Position numbers and translations under genes: made by a program
Part shown: positions 45,030 through 58,482 of the stretch, in pieces
Layout: each line of letters begins with the position of its first letter
Numbering within the stretch: the stretch's first letter is position 1
Notes under the pieces: model-generated
Seen by the model: only the letters and a program-made list of their open reading frames with translations
Database searches by the model: none
What the model was told of the DNA's origin: nothing
Assembly (NCBI RefSeq): GCF_020745735.1
Contig: NC_083450.1
Span: 4,605,479 to 4,669,478 of the forward strand
DNA from: Hemiscyllium ocellatum
Lineage: Eukaryota
Length of the DNA stretch: 64,000 nt
Direction of reading: 5' to 3'

Positions 45030-48000
45030 CAGCAAAATGTAACATTTTACTGGGGTGGATGGAATGGAGGAGTATACAGAGAGAGAAAGAGGTTACAGTG
45101 GCTGGAGGAGGTGACACAGACTGAGAGGGATGTAAGGGTGGGAAAAGGTAATGGGGTAGGGACAGATACAGGGACTGGAGGGGGAGGTGGAGTGGGGAGG
45201 ATGAGGGCGCTAAAGTAGGTGACAGAGAGAGCAGGCTGTTGGGCTTGAGGCGGTGACAGAGATAAGGAGGCGTGTAGGGCTGAAGGACGTGCCAGAAGTA
45301 GGGAAAGATGTAGCGACTAGAGGAGGCTACAGAGACAGACAGCACTGCAGGGACTGGATGGGACCACACCGACAGGGTGGAGTTCAGGGGCGGACTAGGT
45401 TACAGACTTGGGGAGGGGTGTTGGGGCTGGAGAGGTTACAAAGATGTGTGCAGGGGGATGGAGAGGATTAAAGAGTAAAGAGGGATTGAGAGGTTGGAGG
45501 AGGTTACGGAGATGGCATGGGTGTAGGTGCTGGATGAGAGTCTACTGAAGGTCTGCACCTTAATTGTTCAATAAGGGGTCTGTGAGGCTGAGACGGTGGG
45601 AGCAGAAAAATCGACTTTGGGAGCTGTCAACAACAGCCTGATTCCACTATTTCACAGTCGGGTGAATAGCAGGGGGAGGTTGTGTCCTTGTTCATTCAGC
45701 CGTTGGCAAAAGTTGAGGGAGTTGCTCTGCCAAAGGACTACATTCCCTGTCCCACGCTTGTTCCCCATACACCAACTCAGTGGACTTAGCATCCCCAATA
45801 GGCTGTCCAGGACGGACTCACCATCGATCCTTGGATTTATAACACTTCTGTTAGGGACCAAGGATCCAATGATTCAACCCAAGAACAAAAGCACTCTCAA
45901 ATCCAGGCCAATGAAATCAGCATGTAGAGGATGAATCAGTTGGTCACCCAGCTCTTCAACCCTGACTGTTTCTTAACTGGCAACCTTGTAGCCAGACTGG
46001 AGAGTTCATTTTAGCCAGTCATATATATAGGTAACTTAAATACAATGACATACGTAAATTAATTGTTTTTCCCTTTGAAATTTGGGTTTATTCCATTTGG
46101 ATTGGTAAGTGAAACATGTCTCCTTTTTCCAACCGCACTGAGGTTCTGCACTGCCAAGTGACTCAACTCAATAATTATAAGTTCTACTACATTAAATGGC
46201 CATAATTTGTCCAGGATTTCCTTCAACTTAGCTCGCTGATATGTTACATCATGGAGACAGAAAGTTAAACCTTTGCATCTCTGTATTGCAACCACAGCAA
46301 CATTTAAAACTTCAATGACTCTCAAAATTGACCCTAATGGATTCTAACTAGATATTTTTGAACATCAATCTCAACCATGATGAATACTCAATTCTCGATA
46401 CCAGCTTGCACCTTTAATAAAAGATTTAGTTCTTATTGACAATATATGAACTTTGGCAAAACAGGGTTGAACAACAACGTAATTAGTCTCTGCTAGACAT
46501 CTTTTGTTGTCAGCGACATTTACAGAAAAGACAGGCCTACATTCCAGGGGAAAGAAAACATGGCCTACTTAGGCTCTCCATAAGCCTCAAATCCCAGCAT
46601 CATCCCTGCAATTCTCTTCTGCATCCTTTCAAGTTTAACAACATCTTTCCTATGGAAAGGAGAACAGAACTGAAGAAAGTATTATGAAAGTAGATCAAAC
46701 AATGCCCTGCACAGTCATGACACACCATAGGCCCTTTTCAACACCGTGACTACCTTTAACTCCACTTTCAAGGAACTCTGCACCTCCACCCCTTGGTCAC
46801 TCTGTTCCACAGAGCCATGCAATAAATTTGCAAGTCCTGTCCTGCTTTGGTTTCACAAAATGTGACACTTTATTGAGGTGGAGAGGCTGAAGGAGGTTAT
46901 AGAGAGAGGGAGAGAGTTGCCGCTGCAGGAGGAGACCGAGATCAGAAGTAGTGTTGGTTCTGGAGGAGAATTTGGGAGAAGCGTAGGACTGAGGTAGGTG
47001 ACAGAGATAGCAACGAGATTAGAGGCCAGATGAGGCTCCAGTGATGGTGGGGGGGGGGGGGGGGGGTAACAGAGACAAGAGGGATGTATGGGATGGAGAA
47101 GGTTGCAGAGGTAGGGAGTTGTGTAGGAGTTGGTGGAGATTACAGAGAGAGACGGAGGAGTGCAGGAGCTGGATGGAGTGGCAGAATAAGCAGATGGATA
47201 TGGACTGGTGGTCGTTTCAAAAAGAGGGTGGAGTGCTACACCCGGATTGGTTACAGGTTTAGCAAGGGGTCAAGCGGTTGGAGGAGGTTAAACAGGTAGA
47301 GAGAGGTGTAGGGGCTGGAGTGTTTAACAAGATTGGGAGAGGATGTCGAGGCTGCAGGAGTGCAGGAGTTAGGATGGCATGAGGAGTCTGCAGAATGTTA
47401 CAGTGAGAGGGCGGCTTGTAGAAAGTGGAGGAGGTTACAGAGTTAGTGGAAGATGTAGGAGCTAGAGGCAGTTATAGAAATAGGGAAGGTTGTTGGGGCA
47501 GTAGGAAGTAACAGAAGTAGGGCATGTTGCAGTGTCTGGAGGATGTTGCAATGTTTGGGAAATGTGGAGTGCATGGAGATATGCAATGGTGTAGGCTCTG
47601 GAGGGGTTGACAGAAATGCGGATGAAACAAGGGGCTGGAGGAAGTGGAAGAGGCAGGGAAGCCTGTAAGAATTGTAGGAAGGTATTTGGCAGAGTCATAT
47701 AAAGGTGTGTATAGGGTGTGGAGGATATGACAGAAATAGGGAGCGGTGTAAGAACTGGAGGAGGGTATGATCATAGGATGGGATATAGGAGCTACAGGAC
47801 ATTACTGAGATATGGAGGGTCGCATGCATAGGTGGACTTCAAAGAGATAGAGAATGCATATAGGAGTTGTAGAACTTTACAGAGTCAGGAGGGGTTAAAA
47901 GGCCCGAGGAAGTTACAGGGAGAAGGAATGTAGGGGCTGGAGAAAGAAACAAGTATGAAAGGATGTACAGCCGCAGGAGGTTATAAAAATCGGGAGGTGT

Positions 48001-48365
48001 AGAGGGAATGGAGGACATTTGAAGTAGGGCAGAGTATAGGCGCTGGTGGCAATTGCAGAAATAGGGAAGTATTTAGGGGCTGGATGTGGTTACAGAGATG
48101 GGGGAGGTTGCAGAGATAAATAGGGGCATAAGAGCTGAAGGATGTTTCAGAGGTTGGGAGCTGTATACAGGCTGGTAAAGTTACTGTGCTTGGGAGAGGT
48201 GCAGGATCAGGAGGATATATACAAACGTAGGCAGGGGTGTATGAGATGGAGAAAGTTACAGAGATAGGGAGGGAATGTAGGGGCTGGAAGAGGTGACAGA
48301 GATTGAGAGGGGTGTACGGGATAGAGGTGGTTACAGAGACAAGGAGGCATGAAACAAGGAATAAG
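45030..48365 (+). repeat. G/A-rich degenerate minisatellite, copy 3 (45030-45545 and 46870-48365, interrupted)
   Basis: Same unit and skew as 1-1840. Confidence 0.8.
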
Positions 48366-48389
48366 AGAGCTCAGAGAGTACACAGCAGG

Positions 48390-48930
48390 AATCCAATTAG
48401 GTTATTTCGATGGGTCTGTTTGTGTAAATGTGTGACATGCCTGAGAAGGTAAGGGTTTGATGGAGCCTCTGCATTTTCCCTCCTGCGCATGGGTGAAGCT
48501 ACAACCGCCTGTGTGATGGTTTGGGGCTGAGGACTGATGGTGTCACGGGGTGCTGCCATTTCGAATCGCTCAGTGACCAGAGAGGTTTCAGTTCCTCTGC
48601 CGACGTGACCCTCCCCTTCCCCTCCATCTGGAGCCAGTGACCGCACCACCTGCAGCCCCTTCACAAACAGCCCAAAAATAATATGGCTTGGGCTCTCGGG
48701 AGCTAAAATGAGGCACATGAAACGCACCCTTTCCCCGCACCTACCCTCCCCCCCACCACCCTCCCACCGCCCCAGGTCCTCTGAGGTCGAACAATACCGT
48801 TGCATTGAAAGCAGATGCAAAGGCGGTCTCGGATCCTGCTCTTGGATTGTATGAATCATTATTGAGCTGGGTTCAGTCACACTGTGCAGTCAGACTCTGG
48901 TAAAATGATCATTGTTGTACAGCAGCTTTC
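48390..48930. other. Unidentified conserved element X, copy 3 (with a C-rich insertion)
   Basis: Minus ORF 48371-48880: ...SHIIFGLFVKGL...GHVGRGTETSL...RENAEAPSNPYLLRHVTHLHKQT. Confidence 0.7.
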
Positions 48931-49059
48931 ATTGAATCCCTTTAGCAGGGAAGCAGGCCATTCGGTCCATCTACCCTCTGGAGGGCATTTTACCTAGACC
49001 CACCCAATTCCTGTAACACCTACTCTTTCCCCTGTCTAACTCAGCCAGCCTTCACTTTC

Positions 49060-49880
49060 CTGGATACTGCGGGGAAACTTTTGCATGGCCGACCCACCTA
49101 AACTGCACATTGTTGGACTGTTGGAAGGAAGCCAGTCAACTGGACGAAACCCGCACAGACACAGGGACAATGTGTAAATTCCATGGAACTCGTGGCCCTG
49201 GCGCTGTGAGGCAGCAGTGATAACCACTGAGCCACCGTGTCTCCAGAACAAACCAACAAGCCTACAATATAAGTAAACATACCACCTAAGAAAGAGGACG
49301 CCAGTCAGACCCTCAATCATGAGCAGCCGTTCAGTACCGTGTACTATTGTGGCTGTTTGCACAACTCCATTTTCCTATCACATATCCCTCGAATCACTTT
49401 GGTGGGATATTCTACCCCTCAGAGTCTTCAACATGCTACCATACAAGGAACGGCTGAGGATCCTGGGATTGCATTCATTGGAGTTTAGAAGATTAAGGGG
49501 AGATTTAATAGAAACTTACAAGATAATACATGGCTTGGAAAGGGTGGACGCTAGGAAATTGTTTCCGTTAGGCGGGGAGACTAGGACCCGTGGACACAGC
49601 CTTAGAATTAGAGGGGTCAATTCAGAACAGAAATGCGGAGACATTTCTTCAGCCAGAGGGTGGTGGGCCTGTGGAATTCATTGCCGCAGAGTGCAGTGGA
49701 GGCCGGGACGCTAAATGTCTTCAAGGCAGAGATTGATAGATTCTTGATGTCACGAGGAATTAAGGGCTATGGGGAGAACGCTGGTAAGTGGGATTGAAAT
49801 GCCCATCAGCCATGATTGAATGGTGGAGTGGACTCGATGGGCCCGAATGGCCTTACTTCCATTCCTATGTCTTATGGCCT
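49060..49880. mobile_element. Degenerate minus-strand SINE (~49060-49250) followed by a plus-strand CR1 3' fragment (~49436-49880)
   Basis: ggcgctgtgaggcagcagtgataaccactg; LPYKERLRILGLHSLEFRRLRGDLIETYKI. Confidence 0.8.
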
Positions 49881-51299
49881 TAACATGCATACAGAATGCC
49901 ACAGATTCAGCATTCACGGAGCTAAAGAATTTCCTTTCATCTCAATCCGAATTGGTTGATCCCTTAAGCTAGAATGTGGACTAGACACTCGACTGAGTGC
50001 GGTTGATATGGCGAGGGTGTGGGTTTGTGTGGTTCCTGGAGGGCAGAGGAGTACAGTCTGTCCGCATGGACCTACTAAAACCTCTCAAATTCCGATATCT
50101 TTCAGTGAGATTATCTCTAATTCTTTTAATTGCAAGAGGTTGTAGGCCCACTCTCATCGTAGTACAGCCTTTCCTCTTGGTGAAACTTCACTGTGTTCCC
50201 TCAAGGATAAGCCTATCATTCCATAGATGAGGAGACGCATTACTGCTGGAGCAGGCTCACCAAATCACTGCATAACTGCAGTAAAACCTTTACTGCTTGG
50301 TACTTTAGAACACGTACTCAAGTATGTCATCACATATCTCTGAAGTCAGAGAGACTTGAACCCAAATTCCCTTGCTCAAAGGTAAGGAAATTGCCCCTGC
50401 ACCACAAGGGTCTTTCTTATGTACTCTTGCCCCCTCACAATAAATCCTTACATGCTTTTTCCACAAACACTCACTCCATACAGCATGGACACTCAGTTGT
50501 GGCGGCGTGTGCCATCTACAAGATACATCGTAGAAATTCACCAAAGATCCTTAGCACTTTCCAAACCCATGGCCAATTCCATCCAGAAGGGCAAGGGCAG
50601 CAGATGCATGGGAACAGTATCCCCGCAAGCTCTCCTTCAAGCCACTCATCGTCCTGACCTGGAAATGCATCAGCTGTTCCTTCAGTGTTGCTAGGTCAAT
50701 CTTTTCTCTCTCATGGTATTGTGGGTGCTCCTAAGAGACTACAGCAATTCAAGAAGGCATCTCATTGACACCTTCTCAAGGGGAAACGAGGAACCCCATA
50801 CCTCACAGGTGAATCAAAAAATATCACTTGTTGTCCTAATCTGTGTGTGGTTTTATTTGTTAACTTTCTCACTTCCCTGTATCTGCAATTCTTCTGAAAA
50901 CCAAAACATTTCAGTCCTTTCAGAAATACCCTGCTTTTTCCTTTCCTCTGACAAAAGCCCTCCGAACAATTCCTCATTTTCCCACATCAATGTCCATCTA
51001 CCACTGGCTTGTCCAATTACTAATATAGTTTCTTTTCCTTTTCAGCCTTGATATCCAATTTAAAGCCGACTCTTCCTCTTCATCTCCTCCTTCGGCCATG
51101 TTCTTTGCACTGATGGACTCACCATTGCTGGTTTAAAGTCATGACAAGACCGAAGCCAGCAGGTCATCCCATATGTCAATGGTTCTGACTCAAGGAAGTG
51201 CTGTGAATAGGCTTTAGAACGGAGCATGTTTAATATTGGGGATGTCAATCAAAAAGAAAAGTCATATAAGATCTCCAGTATAGGCTCTGGAGGCTCCCT

Positions 51300-51437
51300 G
51301 CCTCTATTCCTGATGAAGGGTTTTTGCCCGAAACGTCAATTTTCCTGCTCCTCGGATTCTGCCTGACCTGCTGTGCTTTTCCAGCACCACTCTGATCTAA
51401 ACCCAGTTTTCCAGCATCTGTGGTCCTCACGTTTGCC
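51300..51437 (+). mobile_element. Penelope-derived fragment with an intact hammerhead-like core
   Basis: CTGATGA-AGGGT-TTTT-GCCC-GAAACGTC at 51310-51337. Confidence 0.7.
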
Positions 51438-52713
51438 CAGGCAAATTGGTCATCAACCCATCACATCAGCTTGTCAAAAATGATCCCCTAAATGTTCTAA
51501 TCTTACTTTCCAGCACTTGGCCCATAGCCTTATCATCACAAATGCACATCCAAATACCTATTCAAATTTCTCCCTCTACCATCTTCCCAAGCAGTGTGTT
51601 CCAGATTTCCACCTCCCTCTGGGTGACAGCAATTTTTGTGATATGTTCTCTAAACCTCCTGCCACTTAATTTAAATCTATGCCTCCGGTCATTCATCCTT
51701 CTTGCAACGGGAGAGGATCCTTGCTGCCTACCCTATTTATGCCCCTCGTAATGTTATGGATTCCACAACACTTCTGCCAACGAACAGTCATCTCAGTCAG
51801 AATGGCCTACAAGCCTGGAGAAGCTGCCAGGTCGCGACTGATCCAGGATACAATCTGAAATGCCCCCAAGCGTTAAACCTGATCTCATCGAAGATGGTAG
51901 AATCAGATACAATAGCAATGTTTAAGAGGCATTCAGACATACAGATGTACAAGCAAAGAATAGAGGTATACAACCATGTGCAGACAGATAGAATTAGTTT
52001 ATAACGGCACCATGGTCAGCTCTGATAGAGTAGACCAAATAGCCTATTCCTGTACTGTACTGCTCCATAGCGTATGGTCTTTCACAATTTTCTCTGCTCC
52101 AAGGCAAAAAAATATATTTATCCAATCTAACTTTATAGCTTCGACTCTACAGCCCAGGCAACATCCTGGTAAACCTCCTTCACATCCTCTACAGTGCTGT
52201 CACAATCCTCCTATCATGTGGTTTCTGGAATGCTACACACAATCCTATAGATGCAGCCTAACACACATTTTGTACAGTTCAAGCAGTACCTCCCTGCTCT
52301 TAATCTATGGACCCTCGGGATCATTCTGTAATCTGGTTTGTCCAGCCATACCATCAGTCGGGATCATATATAAAAAATATGAGGGATTGTCCGGTATATA
52401 TGAGCATAAGATGAATTGGTATATTTTCTGAAAATAAATTGTCTACCTGAATATTATAGACTGCAAGAGGCGGTTCATGCCAAGGTTTCCTGACTGGTTT
52501 GAATGATTTTGGATGCTTTGGGGAGGAAAAGGCTTTTTCTTTAGATTATTTGAAATCTTTAACGAAGGCTGAACTGAGAAGGTTGTCAGATAAGTTGAAA
52601 GTGCAAACAAAACCTGTCTCCTGTGAAAGTGAAATGCTCGAAGTGACTGTTAAAGATTCCAGGATCTGAAGAAGGGAAATTGTGACTTGAGATGGGAAAT
52701 TTCAGACTAATTT

Positions 52714-53007
52714 TAGATTAGATTAGATTACTTACAGTGTGGAAACAGGCCCTTCGGTCCAACAAGTCCACACCGACCCGCTGAAGCGCAACCCGCCCAT
52801 ACCCCTACTATTACTCCTTGCCTAACACTACGGGCAATTTAGCATGGCCAATTCACCTGACCCACACATTCTTTGGGACTGTGGGAGGAAACCGGAGCAC
52901 TTGGAGGAGAACGTGCAAACTCCACAATCAGTCGCCTGAGTCGGGAATTGAACCTGGGTCTCAGGCGCTGTGAGACAGCAGTGCTAACCACTGTGCCACC
53001 GAGCCGC
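52714..53007 (-). mobile_element. Shark tRNA-derived SINE
   Basis: Same family as 9344-9640, with an (AGATT)n tail on +. Confidence 0.9.
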
Positions 53008-53379
53008 CCATAACTATGATTAGTATAACTAACTATGATTCGATTGAAAATGAACAAGCTTGATTTAGGGAACAAAAAGGAAAGGGAAATTAAAGGGTTT
53101 CAAATGAATGTAGAGGAAAAGATTTTAAAAAGGGATAAAGATAACACACTCACAAACTTAGATGGTTGCTCCCTCATTACAGAGGCAACTGGTAACACTT
53201 TAACCTGAGGGTCACCACATCTCAGATGAGGGAAGACATTGGTAAGGGGAGTCCTTCATTGTAACCGCAACTGATGCAGGAATCGAACCCACGCTGCTGG
53301 TGTCAGTTGATATCACAACCATACCAACTGAGCTGACAAACTGTAGGACATAAGCAGTTAATATTAGGGCCATGGGGAG

Positions 53380-54780
53380 TGTTGTAGAACAGAGAGACGG
53401 GGCCGTCGTCCCTTGAATGTGATGTCTCAGGTAGACAGGATGGTCAATAAAGGGTTTGACACAGTTTTCTTCATTGGCCAGATCACTGAGCAGAGGGGTT
53501 TGGATTTCATGTTACAGCTGTAAAAGACATTGGTAATGCTGCATTTGGAGAACAATTCAAGTCGCACTGCAACAAAAAGAATGTTGTTAAACTAGAAAGG
53601 ATAAATAAAAGGCATGTTATCAAGACTGAAATCATTTGACTTATAGAGAAAAGTTGGATAGGCTGGGACCTTATTTACCTGGAGCATAGCATGCTAAGTG
53701 TTGATCTTATAGAGATTTATAAAATGATAAGGCGCATAGTTAACCCAAGATCTATCTCCCAAAGTGAGGAGTCAAAAAGTAAAAGACATAGGTTTAAAGT
53801 GAGAGGAAAAAGATTTAAGGGGCAATTGACATAAGGGACAACTTGTTCACACAGACGATAGTGTGTGTAGGGAACTAAATGCCAGAGGAAGTGGGAGAGG
53901 AGGATGTAATTACAATATTTAAAAGGCAACTGATCAGGCACATGCATAAGAAATGTCTCAAGGGATCTGGGACAAATGCAGGTAAATGGGACAATTCAGT
54001 TTAGGAGGTCTTGCATTTTGGAAAGTCAAATAAAGGTCTGAGTTTCATGGTGAATTGTAGGGACTTTAGGAGTCTGTGGGACAGAAGGCTCTTGGAGTTC
54101 AGGTTTGCAGTTCTCTGAAAATGGAGTCGCAGGTAGACTGGGCAGGTAAGAATGCTTTTGGCACACTAGCCTTCATCAGTAAGGGCATTGAGGATAGAAG
54201 TTGGGAAGTTATGTCGCAATTATACAGGACATTAGAGAGACAGCACTTGGAGTATTGTGTTCAGTTTTAGTCACCTTGTTAAAAGAAAGATATCATTAAA
54301 CTGGAAAGAGTGAAGAAGAAATTTACTAGAATGTTGCCTGGAATCCATGGTCTCAGTTATAGGGAGAGGTTGGACAAGCTAGGACTTCTTTCTTTCGAGT
54401 GTAAGAGACTGAGGGGAAAGCTTATGATTATGAGAGGCACGGAGAGGGTGAATGCACTCAGTCTTTTTTCCAGGGATGTGGAATCGAGGACTAGAAGACA
54501 TCAGTTTAAGGTTAGAAGAGAAAGAATAAACGCAAACTGAGGGGCAACTTTTTTACATACAGGATAGCACGCATATGGAATGAGCTGCTAGCAGAGGCGT
54601 TTGAGACGGGTAAATTAACAACATTTAAAAGGCATTCGGGCAAATTTGTGGTGAGAAAAAAGTTAGAAAGTTCTGGCCAAGTACAGGGAAATGGGATTAT
54701 CGTGGACAGACATTTTGGCCGGCTTGGACCAGTTTAAGCCAAAGGGCCTGTCACCGTGCTGTAGGACTCTATGACTGTAA
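53380..54780 (+). mobile_element. Two tandem CR1-type LINE RT 3' fragments
   Basis: AFGTLAFISKGIEDRSWEVMSQLYRTLERQHLEYCVQF; KFTRMLPGIHGLSYRERLDKLGL. Confidence 0.85.
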
Positions 54781-54950
54781 ATCTGGCTAGCATGGACGCA
54801 TTGGGCCTGTTTCCTTGCTATATATGCCTCTAGAACTCTGTATCTCTATGACTCAAGGGGAGCAGAGAGAGAGAAAAGAGGCTTTTTTTCTTAACTGTAT
54901 GTTTTGAAGAAGACATTGTTTACATTTCTTGGGACTAAAGTGGGATCGAG

Positions 54951-55052
54951 GATTGAGTTGAATGATCAACTAGGATCTAATCGAATTGATTGAGTTGAAT
55001 GATCAACTAGGATCTAATCGATTTGATTGAGTTGAATGATCAACTGTGATCC
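54951..55052 (+). repeat. 37-bp tandem repeat, ~2.7 copies, upstream of the cluster 3 promoter
   Basis: gattgagttgaatgatcaactaggatctaatcga(a/t)tt at 54951, 54988, 55025. Confidence 0.9.
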
Positions 55053-55247
55053 TATTGGAAGGCAGATTCGTATCGAAGGGCTGAATGGCCTATGTCTGAC
55101 CTTATTTGCTATGTTCCAATGAACACAGCCCATTCAAACATTAAACATTCGTAAATGCAAAGGTTCATAAGATGGACAAGGATATGAGAAGCCAGAAATA
55201 GATCGGGTAAAACCCAAAGGTTCGATTTGCCTGGTCTCTGCCTTTTC

Positions 55248-55255
55248 ATTTGCAT
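55248..55255 (+). promoter_or_regulatory. Ig promoter octamer ATTTGCAT
   Basis: Exact match ~140 nt upstream of the leader ATG, in light-chain orientation; the homologous position in cluster 2 is mutated. Confidence 0.85.
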
Positions 55256-55394
55256 TCTGGTGAATAAATAAAGCTGGGAAACCCTCCCAGTTTACCGATA
55301 CTGGTTGCAGAGTGGCTCCCACGGGTTTACACAAACACTTAGACTGAAAGCTACACCCGGGTGGCTGGCTGTTTCCACACATTCTCCAGTGGAA

Positions 55395-58181
55395 ATGTTT
55401 CCGATACTGCATCTGCTGTGTGTTCTGCTGCTCCACGTGACAGGTCAGAAATTGCTCGAGTTAAACATCCGTCCATTAAATATGTTTGTGTCAGCCCCAG
55501 TTCCTTTATTGTTCCCAAAGTCACTGGATGTGTGCATGTCTGTGTTTCTTTATGGTAGGTACCTTGGCTGATGCTGAGCCTGTCCTCAAACAGAGTCTAT
55601 TTTCCGACCCAGTCTCTGTTGGCCAGACCGCCCAGTTGAAGTGTGTGCTGCAGGATGATAATGTGGATACCTACGATGTGAGGTGGTACCGACAGAGTCT
55701 CGGAGAAACCCCAGTGTTTGTTATCCAGCATAAGATCAATGGTGAAATACACAGAGGCACCGGCTTCACTGACCGTTTCCAACCTTCACGAGACTCTCCT
55801 AACAACAGTTACATTCTAACCATCGGAAACGTGGTCTCTGGTGACTCTGCCGTCTATTACTGTGAAGTGTGGGGTTACATCTTTGGAGGTGGAACTGCCC
55901 TGATCGTCCGGAGTAAGTGGTTCTGTTTTCTCTCTATAAACTTTTTTTCAGATAAGTTGAATATGTATCGTTTCAGAGTCGATGCTGTTCTCTGTATGTC
56001 GAAAACATCACGATGTAATACATTTTGCAACATTTCTCACTCGTCCTCACAAGGCAAAGTATTGCGTCAATAATTTTCTCACAGATGCACACAGGGCAGA
56101 GAGTTGTTTATATTAATAATGTTGTCTCTTTCACATAAACATGTATCCACAGTCACATAGTCACTCTCTGCAAAAACGAANNNNNNNNNNNNNNNNNNNN
56201 NNNNNNNNNNNNNNNNNNNNNNNNNNNNNNNNNNNNNNNNNNNNNNNNNNNNNNNNNNNNNNNNNNNNNNNNNNNNNNNNNNNNNNNNNNNNNNNNNNNN
56301 NNNNNNNNNNNNNNNNNNNNNNNNNNNNNNNCAATTATTTTCCCACACAGGTTAATGTTTTATTAACAATTCTCTCTATTTTACGGAAACACACAGGACA
56401 GAGTGTTAATTGTCTCAAGAGTTCTCTCTATCCCTTTCCCTCTCCCTTTGTCACATGCACAGGTCAGAGATTAGAACATAGAACAAGACAGCACAAAACA
56501 GGCCTTTCGGCGCTCGATGTTGCACCGACCTGTGAACTAATCTAAGCCATTACCCTACATTATCCCATCATAATCCATATGCTTATCCAAAGACTGTTTA
56601 AATGACCCCAATGTGGCTGAGTTAACTAAATTGGCAGGAAGGGTATTCCATGCCCTTACCACTCTCTAACATCTGTCTTAAATCTATCACCCCTCAATTT
56701 GCAGCTATTCCCCCCTCGTACAAGCAGATGTCATCATCCGAGGAAAAGGTCTGTCACTCTCCGCCCTACTTAATCCGCTGATCATCTTGTCTGTCTCTAT
56801 TAAATCGTTTCTTAGCATTCCTCTCTCCAATGAGAACAGACCCAAGTCCCCCAGCCTTTCCTCATAAGTCCCCGCTCACTTCAGACCAGGCAACATCCTA
56901 GCAAATCTCCTCTGCATCTTTTCCAATGCTTCCACATCCTTCCTGTAATGGAACGATCAGAACTGCACACAGTATTCCAAGTGAGGCCGCACTAGCGTTT
57001 TGTACAGTTGCAGCATGACATCACAGCTCTAAAACTCAATCCCTCTCCCAATAAAACCAAACACACCGTCTGCCTTCTTAACAGCACCATCAATCTGAGT
57101 GGCAACTTTTGCGGATCTATGTACATGGGCAACAAGATCCCTCTGCACGTCCACACTCCCAAGCTTATTTCCATTGAGTTGAAAATGTGTTGCTGGAAAA
57201 GCGCAGCAGGTCAGGCAGCATGCAAGGAACAGGAGATTCGACATATCGGGCATAAGCCCTTCTTTGTTCCATTGACCCAGTTTTCTGCCTTCCTGCTATT
57301 CTTCCCAAAATGAATCGCCTCACATTTAACTGCATTGAACTCCATTTAGATCGAGTATCTCTCACATGCACAACTCAGTATTATGTTAATATTTCTCTCA
57401 CACACACGCACAGCGGTTACCATCTTGTATGAACCAATTATTCGCTGTTACACACAGGTCAAATGGTTATGTTAATAACTCTATCGTTCACACACACACA
57501 CACACACACTTCACAGTGTTATTCATGCATTAATCAATCACTCACTCTCGATCCCTTTCTGTCACACACCTGTACATGCACAGGTAGTTGTTATGTATTA
57601 ATATTTCTCTCTCTTTCACTAGCACATTAAAAAGTTAGAGTATTATAAATTTTTTTTTCTGTCTCTGTCCTACACACAAACACATAACATATCCGCACAT
57701 TTACATACACACGTCAAAGTGTTATCTGCAAAGATATTAATGATGCTCTGTCTCTTGCACAATTCAAAGTTTTATACAAATAAATAACTCTCCCTTGCAC
57801 ACATGGTCAGCGATTTTTATTCATATATATAACCCTCTCTCTCGCTTCCCTCACACAGGTAGTGATGATCAGAAACCATCTGTCCTGCTGCTCCCTCCTT
57901 CGCCAGAACAAATAGACACAGGATCAGCCACCATTTCCTGTCTGGTGAATCGCTTTAAGCCAGGTTTTGTGCAGGTCCTCTGGAGCGTGGATGGAAAAGA
58001 GACAGACAGTGGGGTGGCCACGAGCCCTGTGTCCCGGGACAGTGATCAAAGCTACAGTCTGAGCAGTTACCTGACAGTCCCGGCCACTGAATGGAAGAAA
58101 GGCTCCAGATATTCCTGCAGTGTGAGGCACGGTTCACTGAACTCACCTCTCCTCAACACCATCAGCTCCAACGAATGTTAG
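55395..58181 (+). CDS. IgL: Intact pre-joined Ig light chain (type I / sigma-cart, NS5-like): L-VJ-C
   Basis: Exons 55395-55443 (MFPILHLLCVLLLHVT), 55559-55912 (VJ) and 57859-58181 (C); phase-1 junctions, both Cys and Trp intact, FGGG, terminal Cys. Confidence 0.93.
55559..55912 (+). CDS. Joined VJ exon, CDR3 = EVWGYI
   Basis: ...QLKCVLQDDNVDTYDVRWYRQ...RGTGFTDRFQPSRD...DSAVYYCEVWGYIFGGGTALIVR|GTAAGT; no RSS between V and J. Confidence 0.95.
56030..57858 (+). repeat. J-C intron degenerate tandem repeat of cluster 3, with an assembly gap (56181-56331) and a nested minus-strand CR1/Penelope insertion (~56470-57350)
   Basis: Same cacacaggt.../attaataa..ctctc units as 4620-8530; run of N; LINE tail tagaacatagaac. 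Confidence 0.8.
57859..58181 (+). CDS. IgL constant (C1) exon
   Basis: SSDDQKPSVLLLPPSPEQIDTGSATISCLVNRFKPGFVQVLWSVDGKETDSGV...YSLSSYLTVPATEWKKGSRYSCSVRHGSLNSPLLNTISSNEC*. Confidence 0.97.
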
Positions 58182-58476
58182 CTCTAAGGTATACAATGTC
58201 ATGGGTCAGTCCCATCGTGCAATGTGGCGTTTTGTTGTTTGTTTCTGTTTTGCAATGCAATTTCTCAGCAATATCAGTATTTGGTGAACAATCTGAATGT
58301 CGAAGAATGTCAGAAATCAGTGAAATGATTGTTCCATTTGGTGAGTAGGGATTTCCTGCTACAATTGCCTCCAACATTTTGCGTGTAACCTTTGACTTTG
58401 GGTAGAACAGCGAGCAATCTCCCCTTCTAGACAATGGCCATGTTGTATTTGTGAAGTTTGCATGAAAGAAGATATG

Positions 58477-58482
58477 AATAAA
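58477..58482 (+). terminator. Candidate IgL polyadenylation signal
   Basis: AATAAA ~295 nt after the stop. Confidence 0.5.

Noticed and set aside
54951-55052. Direct repeats of CRISPR-like length (37 bp)
   Set aside because: Contiguous tandem copies with no spacers, in a vertebrate genome.
56079-56545. ORFs spanning the run of N
   Set aside because: Artefacts of the assembly gap at 56181-56331.
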